A stretch of 64,000 nt of DNA from Candidatus Bathyarchaeota archaeon (GCA_052246995.1 JBQPWD010000005.1:1-64000), one strand, 5' to 3'; shown: positions 40,000 to 49,228, numbered from the stretch's first letter. Notes: generated from the letters alone by a model not told the origin. Translations and numbers: made by a program.

Positions 40000-40218
40000 C
40001 TACAAGAGAGTTAAAAAAATGCTTGTAAATGTTAAACCAAGCGAATACTCTAAAATGTCTCCAATAAAAAACTCAAATTTTTCTTTTGGACGTTTCAGAA
40101 TAAACTCGATAAACTCGTAAAAAATGAATAAAACAAAAATTAAAGGAAAAATCAGGGTTAAAACTCCAAGCACTGTATGGATAAGACTCCAAACATCGTC
40201 AAAAACTTCAACCTTCAA
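40000..40218 (-). CDS. Small membrane protein
   Basis: DVWSLIH..G, YEFIE, GDILEY with hydrophobic helices; 4-nt overlap with the upstream ORF. Confidence 0.65.
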   Translation of the reverse strand: MKVEVFDDVWSLIHTVLGVLTLIFPLIFVLFIFYEFIEFILKRPKEKFEFFIGDILEYSLGLTFTSIFLTLL

Positions 40219-40421
40219 CTTTTCTCGCCATAGGTATATGTATAATACCTGGTTTCCAGGGTTTGTAAAGCCATAAAAATATTATACTCTAATGCTTTTA
40301 AAATCCATACAATCTCCATCACCGTTAAATTTTCCAGTAGCTTTTCAATTTCCTTTAAAACTTGGTTTAGCTTTTTTAAGTCAACTTTAACCTCTATTTT
40401 AGGCTTATTTTGGTTTTCCAT
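40215..40421 (-). CDS. Hypothetical viral protein
   Basis: GGGTGA SD, operon packing. Confidence 0.55.
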   Translation of the reverse strand: MENQNKPKIEVKVDLKKLNQVLKEIEKLLENLTVMEIVWILKALEYNIFMALQTLETRYYTYTYGEKS

Positions 40422-40424
40422 TTT

Positions 40425-40835
40425 TCACCCCTTTATAACCAGTTGTTTTAAAACTTCAACCAGTCTTTGTCTAGCCTCACCTAGGCTTTTTGCAACCCAT
40501 TTTTGGCCTTTAAAACCTGGATGTTCAACTTTTCTTGTGAAAACAGTTTTTTTGCCAACCTTGAAAACTAAAACCTTAGCCTTTTTAGGTAGAATTGTAT
40601 AAGGTTTAACCCCATATTCCGTATATTTCCAATGGGGAGTCATTAGAATGTTTAAGCCTCTTACGGTTATGCTTCTCCTAAGCCTACCAGTCTTAACTGT
40701 AACATTACGTCTTAAAGTTTCAGCAATAACTTCACCTAGTTTTATACTTTTAGGGATGTTTTCAATGTTAAGTCTAAGCCTTCCAAGCAGTTTTAAAACT
40801 TCATCGGTTTTAACAACTATCTCCAGTTTTTTCAA
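40425..40835 (-). CDS. HK97 gp10-like neck/tail completion protein
   Basis: VKTGRLRRSI, YTEYG, I.PK.AKVL.F, V.HPG..GQ. Confidence 0.8.
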   Translation of the reverse strand: MKKLEIVVKTDEVLKLLGRLRLNIENIPKSIKLGEVIAETLRRNVTVKTGRLRRSITVRGLNILMTPHWKYTEYGVKPYTILPKKAKVLVFKVGKKTVFTRKVEHPGFKGQKWVAKSLGEARQRLVEVLKQLVIKG

Positions 40836-41458
40836 ACCATCACTATGGAAACATGTTTTTCAAAAAATTGCTCTAACTCTTTAACCCTGGTTTTCAACTC
40901 TTCATACAACTTGGACATATAGCCTTGTGAAAGGTCAACCCTGTAATTTTCGTTAAAGCTGCGGACAATTAAAACTTCCAAGGCCACCCGTTTAGTTGCA
41001 TACTCTTCCAAAATTTTTTGTTCAAAATTAAAACCATAGGTGTATGTTACCCTGATTCTAGCCCTACCTCTTGGAGGAATATTATCATAGAAATATAAAC
41101 CTATGCCTAAAAGCTTTCCAGCAAAGTTTTTCTTGACAACTATAAAACTTGAACCTTCCCCTGGCCCCTCAACCAGTTCCTGCCAATCTGGTTTTTGACT
41201 TGGATCTGCAAAGTTAACTTCTACCCTAGAAACCTGGATTATGGGTAGAAAGTTAGGCTGGATAAAAGCCTCACCATCACTACCTACAAGCTCGTTTTCA
41301 GAGGTGTATACGCCTAAAAGCCTGGTATCCATGTCTTTATCTACACGTTCAATAATGTCTAAAAGCTGCCCACTTGTAGGTACGCTATCCTCGCCAATAT
41401 CAATTTGAAGTAAAGCCTCAATTTTCATTTCATTCGTGTATTTAGGCTGGTAACTCAT
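40832..41458 (-). CDS. Head-tail adaptor protein
   Basis: Position after capsid; PII.V..V, IRVTYTYG motif. Confidence 0.7.
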   Translation of the reverse strand: MSYQPKYTNEMKIEALLQIDIGEDSVPTSGQLLDIIERVDKDMDTRLLGVYTSENELVGSDGEAFIQPNFLPIIQVSRVEVNFADPSQKPDWQELVEGPGEGSSFIVVKKNFAGKLLGIGLYFYDNIPPRGRARIRVTYTYGFNFEQKILEEYATKRVALEVLIVRSFNENYRVDLSQGYMSKLYEELKTRVKELEQFFEKHVSIVMV

Positions 41459-41535
41459 AAAACAACGCTTTCAAAAATTGTTTTTAAAAAAAAGTTTTGA
41501 AAAAGAATTTTAAAATTCTAAAAATTTGTTGGTTT

Positions 41536-41796
41536 TTATTGTGGTGTGCAAACAGCAAAAACATATAGTTGTGTGCCGTTTGTTGCTGTAACTTTAATTG
41601 TTACAGTTTTCCCGCTTATTGAAGCCAAAGGTACACTTGAACCTCCTCCGTCTGTTGTTCCCACAATTTGAACCCATGCACGTTCAACAGGATGGTCAAA
41701 GGTTGCTGTGGCTTGGTTGCTGGATACTGATACAGTTTTCCAGTCTAAAATTTTACCCCGTAGGCTTCCAGGATGGTCTGTAGGTGTAATAGGCAT
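41536..41796 (-). CDS. Putative capsid decoration/spike protein
   Basis: Small Thr/Ser/Val beta-rich ORF directly after the capsid gene; GAGGTG SD. Confidence 0.45.
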   Translation of the reverse strand: MPITPTDHPGSLRGKILDWKTVSVSSNQATATFDHPVERAWVQIVGTTDGGGSSVPLASISGKTVTIKVTATNGTQLYVFAVCTPQ

Positions 41797-41818
41797 TGGT
41801 CAACCACCTCTATCTAGT

Positions 41819-42859
41819 TTATGTTGCAGATTCAGGGGTTTGTATTACAATGTTTGCAGCTGGATCTACAACGGCTACTCCAAAACTGTAGCTTGCGGTT
41901 ATTCTAACTTTCAACTCTTTAACAAGCCTTTGAGTTTCAAAAAGCATTTCCCGTTTAGGTGCGAAAACTACAGCCCTTCTGTTAATCATAACAGCTGACT
42001 TTTTGCTGTTTGATGTGTGGCTTGGTAGTAGGTCTTTAGGTAGTACAAGTATTTTAACACCCATAAACTCTTGAACTAAGCCATCTCTTACAATGTCAGG
42101 CCTGGCAAACACAAGTGCTTGTGAACTTGCTACATCTTTATACAATGCTAAATACTGGTTGGGAGTTAAAACAAGAACGTAGTCCTGGGGCCTAATGTCG
42201 TTGCCTGTTGTATTCATGGCTTCAGCAATCCAGTCAACGTCAAAATTGACGCTTTCACTACCCTTTGAAAGGCTTGATACACCTGAAGCACTGTTGACGG
42301 CTGAAACTATTGCAGCATCTACAGCCCTGATAATACCTACTCTGAAAGCGTTTTCAATTTCAGCAAGTAAATCTTCGCTTAGCTTTTCAACATCTGAATA
42401 GGGTATATCTGAATAGGCTCCCCGTGTGTCAAGTGTTGTTGTTGCAACCCCGTAAAGGTTTCCAGTTTGAATTGCCTGCAGTTCTCCAGTTGAAAGGGTT
42501 AAACCTGTAACATCTTTAACGTATGGTATGCTTACAACATCACCCATCTGGCCTTGCATAGCCCTTGAAACTGTAACATAGTTTATCAAGCTTGCAACTG
42601 GGGCTTGTGGTATACTTAAAGGAGCCTCCCATTGTTCTCGTATGCTTCCAGCCCTCAAAGATTCAACAATTTTAGCCAGTCTTGACTTTTCCTGATTTTC
42701 AATTATACCTTTACCTTTAGGTTCGTCATGTTTAACCAGTTTCTCCCTTATTTCAGCTATCTCTTTGGTTAACTGGTCAAGCCTAGCCTGTAAAGGTGAA
42801 AAGTCTATAACTATTTCCTCCTCCCTCTTCTCCTGACTCATATTTTTCACGTATAACAT
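41819..42859 (-). CDS. Major capsid protein (HK97 fold)
   Basis: N-terminal coiled-coil scaffold, GDVVSIP, VDAAI, LVLTPNQY..L, G.VQEFMGVKI, SYSFGVAVVDP; follows the protease. Confidence 0.88.
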   Translation of the reverse strand: MLYVKNMSQEKREEEIVIDFSPLQARLDQLTKEIAEIREKLVKHDEPKGKGIIENQEKSRLAKIVESLRAGSIREQWEAPLSIPQAPVASLINYVTVSRAMQGQMGDVVSIPYVKDVTGLTLSTGELQAIQTGNLYGVATTTLDTRGAYSDIPYSDVEKLSEDLLAEIENAFRVGIIRAVDAAIVSAVNSASGVSSLSKGSESVNFDVDWIAEAMNTTGNDIRPQDYVLVLTPNQYLALYKDVASSQALVFARPDIVRDGLVQEFMGVKILVLPKDLLPSHTSNSKKSAVMINRRAVVFAPKREMLFETQRLVKELKVRITASYSFGVAVVDPAANIVIQTPESAT

Positions 42860-43011
42860 GGCTTACCCTTCCACTTTCACCTTAAACCCTACCCTGGAAA
42901 GGCTAACATGGTGAGGGGTGAAGGGCAGCCCTATTTAACCCTCAACACAGCCTAACCAACATTAAAAAATTCCAGGTTTGTTTGTTGGCTAGGTCTGTCA
43001 TCATCGGGTTA
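42860..43011 (-). ncRNA. Structured RNA leader of the capsid gene: K-turn hairpin plus a second stem abutting the start codon
   Basis: UAACCC-GAUGAUGA-CAG-A-CCUAGCCAACA...UGUUGGUUAGG-CUG-UG-UUGA-GGGUUA, then GGCUGCCCUUCAC..UCACC pairing with GGUGA..GUGGAAGGGUAAGCC. Confidence 0.5.
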
Positions 43012-43027
43012 GCTTTAAAAATTAAAG

Positions 43028-44044
43028 TTAGGTTTTAATTCGGATTTTTCTTGTTTTTGGTAAAAGGCTTTCCAAGATTGTGTTAACCTTTACGCTTAAC
43101 CTTTCAACCTCGTCAACCAGCTTCTCCATCCTCTCATTTAAATCCTCAAGCTTAAAGACAATAGTAGCTGATTCAAATGTGGGAGGTTCACGTTCAAACT
43201 CTCTGTAATGCTGAGCTAAATGATTATACACGCCTTTTCTATCTTCGTCTGGAATGTCTACTCCTCCCCTTGCCCCGAAAAGTGCAGCCATAGCCGCAGC
43301 CACACCTCTCCAAACCACGCTAAACCTTCCACCGACAAACTTGTGGTGAGGTAGTTTATATCCTGCTTTGACATCAGCTTTTTCAGGATCGTACCATACA
43401 TGGGCTTCACGATATAATTCCCACCCTCCCTTGTCCAGGATAAAATTTCCATCGTCAGCGGTGAAACTCCATTCTGTGTCTTCTGGTGCTTTATCATAGT
43501 TTCTTGTATGTTTTACAACTTTTTCTTTAACCTGGTTTTCCAGTTTTTTATCCACCTCCTTACCAGTTTTATAAGTGTTAACTTTTTCAAACAGTTTCTC
43601 CAAAACCTGGATGTTTGTTTCTGGAACACCTGGTACGGCTACAAGGCTAAGCTCTTTAAACCCAAGGCCTCTTGGAATTCTCCCGTTAACTGGTTCTATG
43701 AGTTCATAGTTGGCTGCAATTGAAACATGCTGGATAAGACCAGTCTTAATCTTGTTTGCTACCTCATCATCGTAAATTTCAGCCTCATACATGATAGCCT
43801 TCTCCTTGTCATCCCACCAGGCGTTTACAACTTTCCCTACCGCCTTGTCCGCTGAAACATGCTCTATGTAAACTGGTTGCCCTACCAGGCTTTGAACAGC
43901 CTTTTTCAACTCTTCTTCGATGTATACGTTATAGTTTCTTGAAACTCCAGCCTTTACAGCTATTCCCCTAATCCTAAGAACTGGTTGGATTTGGGTTTTC
44001 TCTAAGGTTTCAAGCCAAACAAAACTATCCATTTTCAACTTCAC
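43028..44044 (-). CDS. Prohead maturation protease with C-terminal extra domain
   Basis: G.A...GVSRN...Y..EEL, IEH, VGKV, VSI, ELSLVAVPGVP; C-terminal YKLPHH..VVWRGV..GARGG..HL..HY. Confidence 0.88.
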   Translation of the reverse strand: MKLKMDSFVWLETLEKTQIQPVLRIRGIAVKAGVSRNYNVYIEEELKKAVQSLVGQPVYIEHVSADKAVGKVVNAWWDDKEKAIMYEAEIYDDEVANKIKTGLIQHVSIAANYELIEPVNGRIPRGLGFKELSLVAVPGVPETNIQVLEKLFEKVNTYKTGKEVDKKLENQVKEKVVKHTRNYDKAPEDTEWSFTADDGNFILDKGGWELYREAHVWYDPEKADVKAGYKLPHHKFVGGRFSVVWRGVAAAMAALFGARGGVDIPDEDRKGVYNHLAQHYREFEREPPTFESATIVFKLEDLNERMEKLVDEVERLSVKVNTILESLLPKTRKIRIKT

Positions 44045-45476
44045 CCTCCAAACATTTTAAAAACTCGTAAACTAGGGGAAAGTTTTCCCTATACCAAGCC
44101 TTAGCCAAGTCTAACGTCCAGTTGTATACGCTTTTGTCAAATATGATTTGTATAACCCTTCTTCCTAACCCTGTAATCCATGCTGTTTGCATAGATACAC
44201 CTTTATCCGAGTCTAAAGGCTGGTAACGTATGGTTGAAGTGTCAACCTGGTCTGGATCCTGTAGTTGAAGTATAACCTGGTTTGTCAAGTTATACCATCT
44301 TGGCGTCCAAACCTGGAATTGTTCTTCTAAACCTTCCTTGGGAATTTCTGGTTCGGGGACAGGTATACCCATCATCTGCAACATCTTTATGACTTGTAAA
44401 CGGCTAAGAATTCCAACATCCGCTTTAGCCAAGTTTACCAGGTCGGAAATTTTCAAATCTTCTATGCCGCTTCTAGGATAACCCCAATTCAGTTTTACGT
44501 GGACATCATTTAAATCACAAGCCTTCAGAAGAGGTTTCCAGATTTCACCCTCCACTTTCCTTTTAATATAACGTTGTAAAGCCTTCACGTCACGGTCTAC
44601 ACATTCAAGCATAACTTTAGCCGAGGCTTCAGTTGCATTGCGTAGATAGGACAGTAGTGGACCTCTCATCCCCTCAAAAATTTTTCTTTCCACAGCCTCC
44701 AGGAGTTCGCCAAACCTTACACGGCTATCAACCTGGATTACGTTTGTTTCTATTTCTCCTGTAGCCAGAATTGGATCTCCAGGTTTCCTTTTCTTTAAAA
44801 CTTCCATGAAATAGTCAACATCAGCCTTATTCTTAAATGTGAAAACAGGGATTGGGTAGGCTGTTTTATAGACAACTTCAACCATGTTTTCCATGTTTTT
44901 TATGTCAAAATCAAGGAAACGGGCGACAGGTTCAACTATTCCAACCCCATACCCCGACATTTCTACATCATTCCATTTAAAATGAACTATCTCCTCAGGA
45001 TTAAACTCAACTCTAGCTCCTGTAGCCTCCTCCACGTAGCCTTGAATCTCGCCAAACCTATCCCTAACAATTTTCATTTTGGCTGTTGGTAGTCTTTTAA
45101 CCCTGGTAAGCCTACCATTCTCATTAAAAATTTTCTCCAGAAAACTGTTTCCAGTTATAAGCATATCTTTCACTATTTCCAGTAAAAGCTCATCCATGTT
45201 GACTTTAGCGTTAAACTCGTCAACAATTTCTTTAGCCCTGGTTTGCCTGGAATCCTCACCATTATCTACAGTAGTGTAAAACCCTGGTCCTGCAACCATC
45301 CCCGCCAAACTATCCACACTTGATTTTACCAAGGGATGGGTTTTATAATAGCCATAAAGCTGACTGTAGCTTACAGGTTGAGGTTTTCCCCATGTAGACC
45401 AAAACTCAAAATAAGGTTCTACAACACCTTTCTGTTCACGTATAAACAGTTTCCTAAGTCTTTCAAAAACACCCAA
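44025..45476 (-). CDS. Portal protein
   Basis: HPLVKSSVD, D.LITGNSFLE, EIVHFKWN...YGVGI; between terL and protease. Confidence 0.9.
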   Translation of the reverse strand: MGVFERLRKLFIREQKGVVEPYFEFWSTWGKPQPVSYSQLYGYYKTHPLVKSSVDSLAGMVAGPGFYTTVDNGEDSRQTRAKEIVDEFNAKVNMDELLLEIVKDMLITGNSFLEKIFNENGRLTRVKRLPTAKMKIVRDRFGEIQGYVEEATGARVEFNPEEIVHFKWNDVEMSGYGVGIVEPVARFLDFDIKNMENMVEVVYKTAYPIPVFTFKNKADVDYFMEVLKKRKPGDPILATGEIETNVIQVDSRVRFGELLEAVERKIFEGMRGPLLSYLRNATEASAKVMLECVDRDVKALQRYIKRKVEGEIWKPLLKACDLNDVHVKLNWGYPRSGIEDLKISDLVNLAKADVGILSRLQVIKMLQMMGIPVPEPEIPKEGLEEQFQVWTPRWYNLTNQVILQLQDPDQVDTSTIRYQPLDSDKGVSMQTAWITGLGRRVIQIIFDKSVYNWTLDLAKAWYRENFPLVYEFLKCLEGEVENG

Positions 45477-45616
45477 AAAAACACCTCTAAATTAAAATAG
45501 AAAACAGGAAAAAGCTGGTTTTGAAAAGTTAAACTTAAAAAAAGTTTAAGCTTGTAGCTTTATAGGTGAAAAAAAGTTTTTTGTTTTAAGGTTTCAGCTG
45601 GGAGGGTTGTGTTGGC

Positions 45617-45688
45617 TTATTTTGCACACTTACTTTTCTCTTCTTTTTTCTTCTCTTCTTTTTTCTTCACTTCTTTTTTCTTAGCCAT
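45617..45688 (-). CDS. Lys/Glu-rich micropeptide (23 aa)
   Basis: AAGGAGA SD, then MAKKKEVKKKEEKKKEEKSKCAK*; TATA-like TTTTAAATA upstream. Confidence 0.45.
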   Translation of the reverse strand: MAKKKEVKKKEEKKKEEKSKCAK

Positions 45689-45742
45689 GGTCTCCTTCAT
45701 TTAAAAATATAGAGATAGTTATTTAAAAGTTTTTACTACTTT

Positions 45743-47038
45743 TCACCATTTCCATTGTTCAGCAGTTGTAACTTCAAGCTTTTCTTCCCTAGTTGCATAA
45801 ATGGCTAAGGCTAGACTCCATACACGGTCGTCATGGCTACCCTCAGGATGGTAAAACTTTATACTTCCATCTTTGGCTAATTCAAATTTTTCATTGTTCA
45901 ATTCGGCTAGAAGTTCAGCATCATAAGGAATTTTCAGGTTTTTATTTTGCATTTGTTGTTTTAAAAACCCTAAAATTTCCTGTTTACGGGGCATGGTTAA
46001 AATTACCCCCTGGACACCTGGAATCCCGCTGTTTCTCATATCTTCCAAGATGTACTCTCCAACACCTGTCTGGTCGATTAAAACCTGGTAAACAGTTTTA
46101 TAACGGTCTGTAAGAGTTTTAACATAACCTATAACACTAGCATAAGGAGTTTCCAAGGGAAACCTGTACATGTGAACCAGTTTAAACCCATCCTCCTGCC
46201 TATCTACCACGCTTACAACTGAATAGTCAACCTTTTTACCCAGGTCAACACCTATGTAAAAGTTTCCTTGAACATGGTCTTCAAAGTCATAATATTCCAG
46301 TTCTGCGTCTATACATTGGGTTATCAAACTTCTAGGCAAATAGCTATCACTATCCTCTGTAAACCTGGCTTCAAACTCCCTTTCAAAACGTTCCAAGGGG
46401 AGAACCCTTCGCATCTCCTCAATAAATTCTTTCTTTATCAGGCCTGCTTTAACCACATCCCTCCAGGTTACAACATGCTTGGAAAAACCTGGATCCTGAA
46501 ACATTTTGTAAAAAACGCTATCTATGGACCAGGGTGTACTGGAAACTATTAAGTAGCCGTCGGTTGTTGAAAGCATAGGGTAAAGCACATTGTAAAACAC
46601 TACTTCATCCTCACGGAAAAATGCAGCCTCATCAGCTATAACCATGTGGGCAGTATAACCTCTTAAAAGGTTTGGACTGTTAGGCAAGGCAACAATTTGC
46701 GAGTCGTTTTTAAACCTTACAACTGTCCGCTGCATTTTAGCTATCATATGTTTTTGAAGCTGTCTGGGTATTCGATGTAGGAAGACTTGCAGCCTATCCA
46801 TCATAATCATGCTTTGCCTTAGGCTGGGTGAAACGATTAGGGTTAAAGTTTTAGGATGGGTTACCACAAACCATATCGCCTTGACGGCTAGTGTAGATGT
46901 TTTCCCCGCCTGCCTCGACATTATGACACATATACGTTTACTTTTATCGTTTAAAAGCTTCTCCTGGTAAAATGTCGGCTTAAAACCAAGAAGCTTCTCA
47001 GCAAAAAGCGAGGGGTTTTGACGTAAAACCTCAACCAT
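45743..47038 (-). CDS. terL: Terminase large subunit
   Basis: P..YQ, Walker A SRQAGKT, LRG, Walker B IADEAAF, SSTP, nuclease GVDLG, DQTGVG, HDDRVWSLALA. Confidence 0.95.
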   Translation of the reverse strand: MVEVLRQNPSLFAEKLLGFKPTFYQEKLLNDKSKRICVIMSRQAGKTSTLAVKAIWFVVTHPKTLTLIVSPSLRQSMIMMDRLQVFLHRIPRQLQKHMIAKMQRTVVRFKNDSQIVALPNSPNLLRGYTAHMVIADEAAFFREDEVVFYNVLYPMLSTTDGYLIVSSTPWSIDSVFYKMFQDPGFSKHVVTWRDVVKAGLIKKEFIEEMRRVLPLERFEREFEARFTEDSDSYLPRSLITQCIDAELEYYDFEDHVQGNFYIGVDLGKKVDYSVVSVVDRQEDGFKLVHMYRFPLETPYASVIGYVKTLTDRYKTVYQVLIDQTGVGEYILEDMRNSGIPGVQGVILTMPRKQEILGFLKQQMQNKNLKIPYDAELLAELNNEKFELAKDGSIKFYHPEGSHDDRVWSLALAIYATREEKLEVTTAEQWKW

Positions 47039-47045
47039 ACGGTTT

Positions 47046-47393
47046 TTAACCCTTTCTACCTATCTCAGCCAGTTCTTCTTTTGCTCTAGTATATTTGTTG
47101 CAAGATTTGTAGAGACCAAAGCAGATTAGAATGTCGGGGTAGGAGATTGGTTGAGGACGTTTTTCGGCTTCACATCTACCGTTTATAAAAAAGAGACAGC
47201 CATCCTGTTCTTTTAACGTTGAAAAATGTTGTATACAAAAGCTTGAAAGTAGGGTTGCAGCCTGCTCGTTATAGTCTAGTTTTAGCTTTTTACAAACATT
47301 TTTGAAAACAATTGTAATATAGTTTGGAATGGAAAAACTACAATTAACCTTCTTTTTTAAATCTTCAACCCTTTTTCTACCCATAAAAACCAC
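47046..47393 (-). CDS. Putative ribbon-helix-helix DNA-binding protein with Cys-rich C-terminal domain
   Basis: Basic N-terminus, beta strand VNCSFSIP then two helices; four Cys in GCLFFINGRC...ICFGLYKSC. Confidence 0.5.
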   Translation of the reverse strand: MVFMGRKRVEDLKKKVNCSFSIPNYITIVFKNVCKKLKLDYNEQAATLLSSFCIQHFSTLKEQDGCLFFINGRCEAEKRPQPISYPDILICFGLYKSCNKYTRAKEELAEIGRKG

Positions 47394-47421
47394 TTGCTTT
47401 TTAACTTGGTCAGCTTAGATG

Positions 47422-47739
47422 GCTAAAGTAGTATTTTTGTAAGAATTTTGGTGAAAAACCGGAAATTTTTGTATACAAAAATATTTTTAGATTTTTTTAT
47501 TATATACAACCTCTAATTGAATTTTTTTATTTATCTTATTCTATTCTCTAAGGTTAACCAATTCTACACTTTATTCTCCATTTTTTTAATTTTTAGTTTA
47601 TTTTTGGTTTAAAACCTAGAATTTTCACCTTCTTTAAGTTGTCCAAGTTTTCTTTTTTTGTTTTAAGCTTCGAAAATATTTTTGTATACAAAAATATTGA
47701 GTTTTTGAGTGATATTCTTACAAAAAATGTTACTTTAGC
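47422..47739. repeat. ~66-bp imperfect inverted repeats with palindromic cores around an AT-rich spacer
   Basis: Arms 47422..47487 and 47673..47739; both contain ATTTTTGTATACAAAAAT. Confidence 0.85.
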
Positions 47740-47776
47740 GATTTTTCTGGTGGTTTTGACGTAGCTTTTTCAACCA

Positions 47777-48187
47777 TCACATTCCCATAAGCTCTTTTAC
47801 CATGTTGTCAACCATGTCAACAACTTTTTGCTGCTGTTTTAGGCTTAGCCTTTCCTTTCTTGTTAAAGCTAAACCTTCAATCCAGTCTAAAATTATTCTG
47901 CAAAGTTTTTCATAACTTCCAACATAGCTGGAAAGTTTACCATGTTTAAGCTCCTTAACTGGTTTGTTTAACTCGTCAAAAATCAGTTTACGTAGTTTTT
48001 GAAGTAAAACCAGGTTTTTAGCTGTTTCATCAACCATTAAAACGTCTACTTCAGCTTCAACACCAAGATTTTTCAATGTTTCCATGATTTTACTTTTAAC
48101 TTTTTCAACATCCTCGTCAGCTATTTTCCTCCAACCAGGGGGGAGAATGTTTACAATTTTACATCTAACCTGTTTTTCCAGTTTCAC
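47777..48187 (-). CDS. Candidate terminase small subunit
   Basis: Helical 136 aa upstream of terL; LALTRKER resembles the P27-type GLTPxxR motif. Confidence 0.5.
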   Translation of the reverse strand: MKLEKQVRCKIVNILPPGWRKIADEDVEKVKSKIMETLKNLGVEAEVDVLMVDETAKNLVLLQKLRKLIFDELNKPVKELKHGKLSSYVGSYEKLCRIILDWIEGLALTRKERLSLKQQQKVVDMVDNMVKELMGM

Positions 48188-48503
48188 CTTTTAAACCCTC
48201 CAAAAGTTTGCCAATAAAATCCATGGTTGGAACTTTAGCTGGTATTAGGCATAATATTCCCCTGGACGTTTCAACATAGGCAAAATTTACATCTTCAAAA
48301 AACCTGTGAAACTCTTTGGGAATGTAAATTCTCATGCGTTTTTTATCCTTGTTGATTTTTAAAAATTTACCCAATGCCCTATTTACCCTTTTACCCTCAT
48401 ACCCTCCAGACTTTTGAATTTTAAATTGTTTTCCAGTATTTTGGATTTTTAGTTTCCACCAGTTTTTTAACTTCGCTTGCCAGGTTGAGGCTGCAAGTTT
48501 CAC
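48165..48503 (-). CDS. AbrB/SpoVT-like DNA-binding protein (start probably further downstream)
   Basis: RMRIYIPKEF...AYVE...ILCLIP swapped-hairpin pattern. Confidence 0.45.
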   Translation of the reverse strand: MKLAASTWQAKLKNWWKLKIQNTGKQFKIQKSGGYEGKRVNRALGKFLKINKDKKRMRIYIPKEFHRFFEDVNFAYVETSRGILCLIPAKVPTMDFIGKLLEGLKGETGKTG

Positions 48504-48630
48504 ATAAAATCATTGTTGGCCTTTCTCTTTTAGTGAAAATTGAGAAAATCAAACATTCAGTATTGTAAAATGTTTTTTCACAGCTTCCACATCTAAACGC
48601 TTTAAAGGTTTCTTTAGCGATTTTAAGCAT
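48421..48630 (-). CDS. Zinc-finger protein
   Basis: CGSC...LCETC. Confidence 0.65.
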   Translation of the reverse strand: MLKIAKETFKAFRCGSCEKTFYNTECLIFSIFTKRERPTMILCETCSLNLASEVKKLVETKNPKYWKTI

Positions 48631-48642
48631 TTAAATCCCTCT

Positions 48643-48873
48643 TCACGTCTTACTCCTGGTAACCATGCCTGTTAAATGTCCTATAAGGGCCATGGTTAGG
48701 CTGAGGATGGTTGGTTCAAACTCTCCATGCTGTATATAATACAGTATATTTAATATTAGGAGAGCTGTTAGGCAAACCAAGTTTGTTATAAAAATACCCT
48801 CAGCTTTTGAAGACTCCTCCCTACTTGTTTTTCTAAACTCTAAAAGCTTATCCAGGCCTAACATGGTAAACAT
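48643..48873 (-). CDS. Two-TM small membrane protein (holin-like topology)
   Basis: Two hydrophobic helices with charged ends. Confidence 0.5.
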   Translation of the reverse strand: MFTMLGLDKLLEFRKTSREESSKAEGIFITNLVCLTALLILNILYYIQHGEFEPTILSLTMALIGHLTGMVTRSKT

Positions 48874-49228
48874 CCCTAGCCTTAAGCAGAAAACCCTCTA
48901 AAGGCAGCTCGGAAACTAGGCTTTTAAACGTGAAATCTTTTTCATAACTCATTTTTTCAAAGTTGTTTTCAACAACCTTCACCTTTTTAATACTTTTAAT
49001 ACAGCCTAAAGGTATGGCAACTTTGAAGTGCTCCGCCAAACCCCTTTCACTTGTTATAATCAATTTGCCTTTAACAACGTCAACAACAAAACCAACATCA
49101 ACAATCTCGGCGAAAGGATCCTCCTTAAAGGCTTTAGCATCCTCCCAGATAATCATGACGAAGTCTCCTTTCCTCAGTCTTCTAACTTTTTTCAAAATTT
49201 CCTCAAAATCTTCAAGCTTTTCAGCCAT
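48848..49228 (-). CDS. Hypothetical viral protein (small beta-barrel-like)
   Basis: LRKGDFVMIIWEDA...VGFVV...IPLGCIKSI. Confidence 0.6.
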   Translation of the reverse strand: MAEKLEDFEEILKKVRRLRKGDFVMIIWEDAKAFKEDPFAEIVDVGFVVDVVKGKLIITSERGLAEHFKVAIPLGCIKSIKKVKVVENNFEKMSYEKDFTFKSLVSELPLEGFLLKARDVYHVRPG

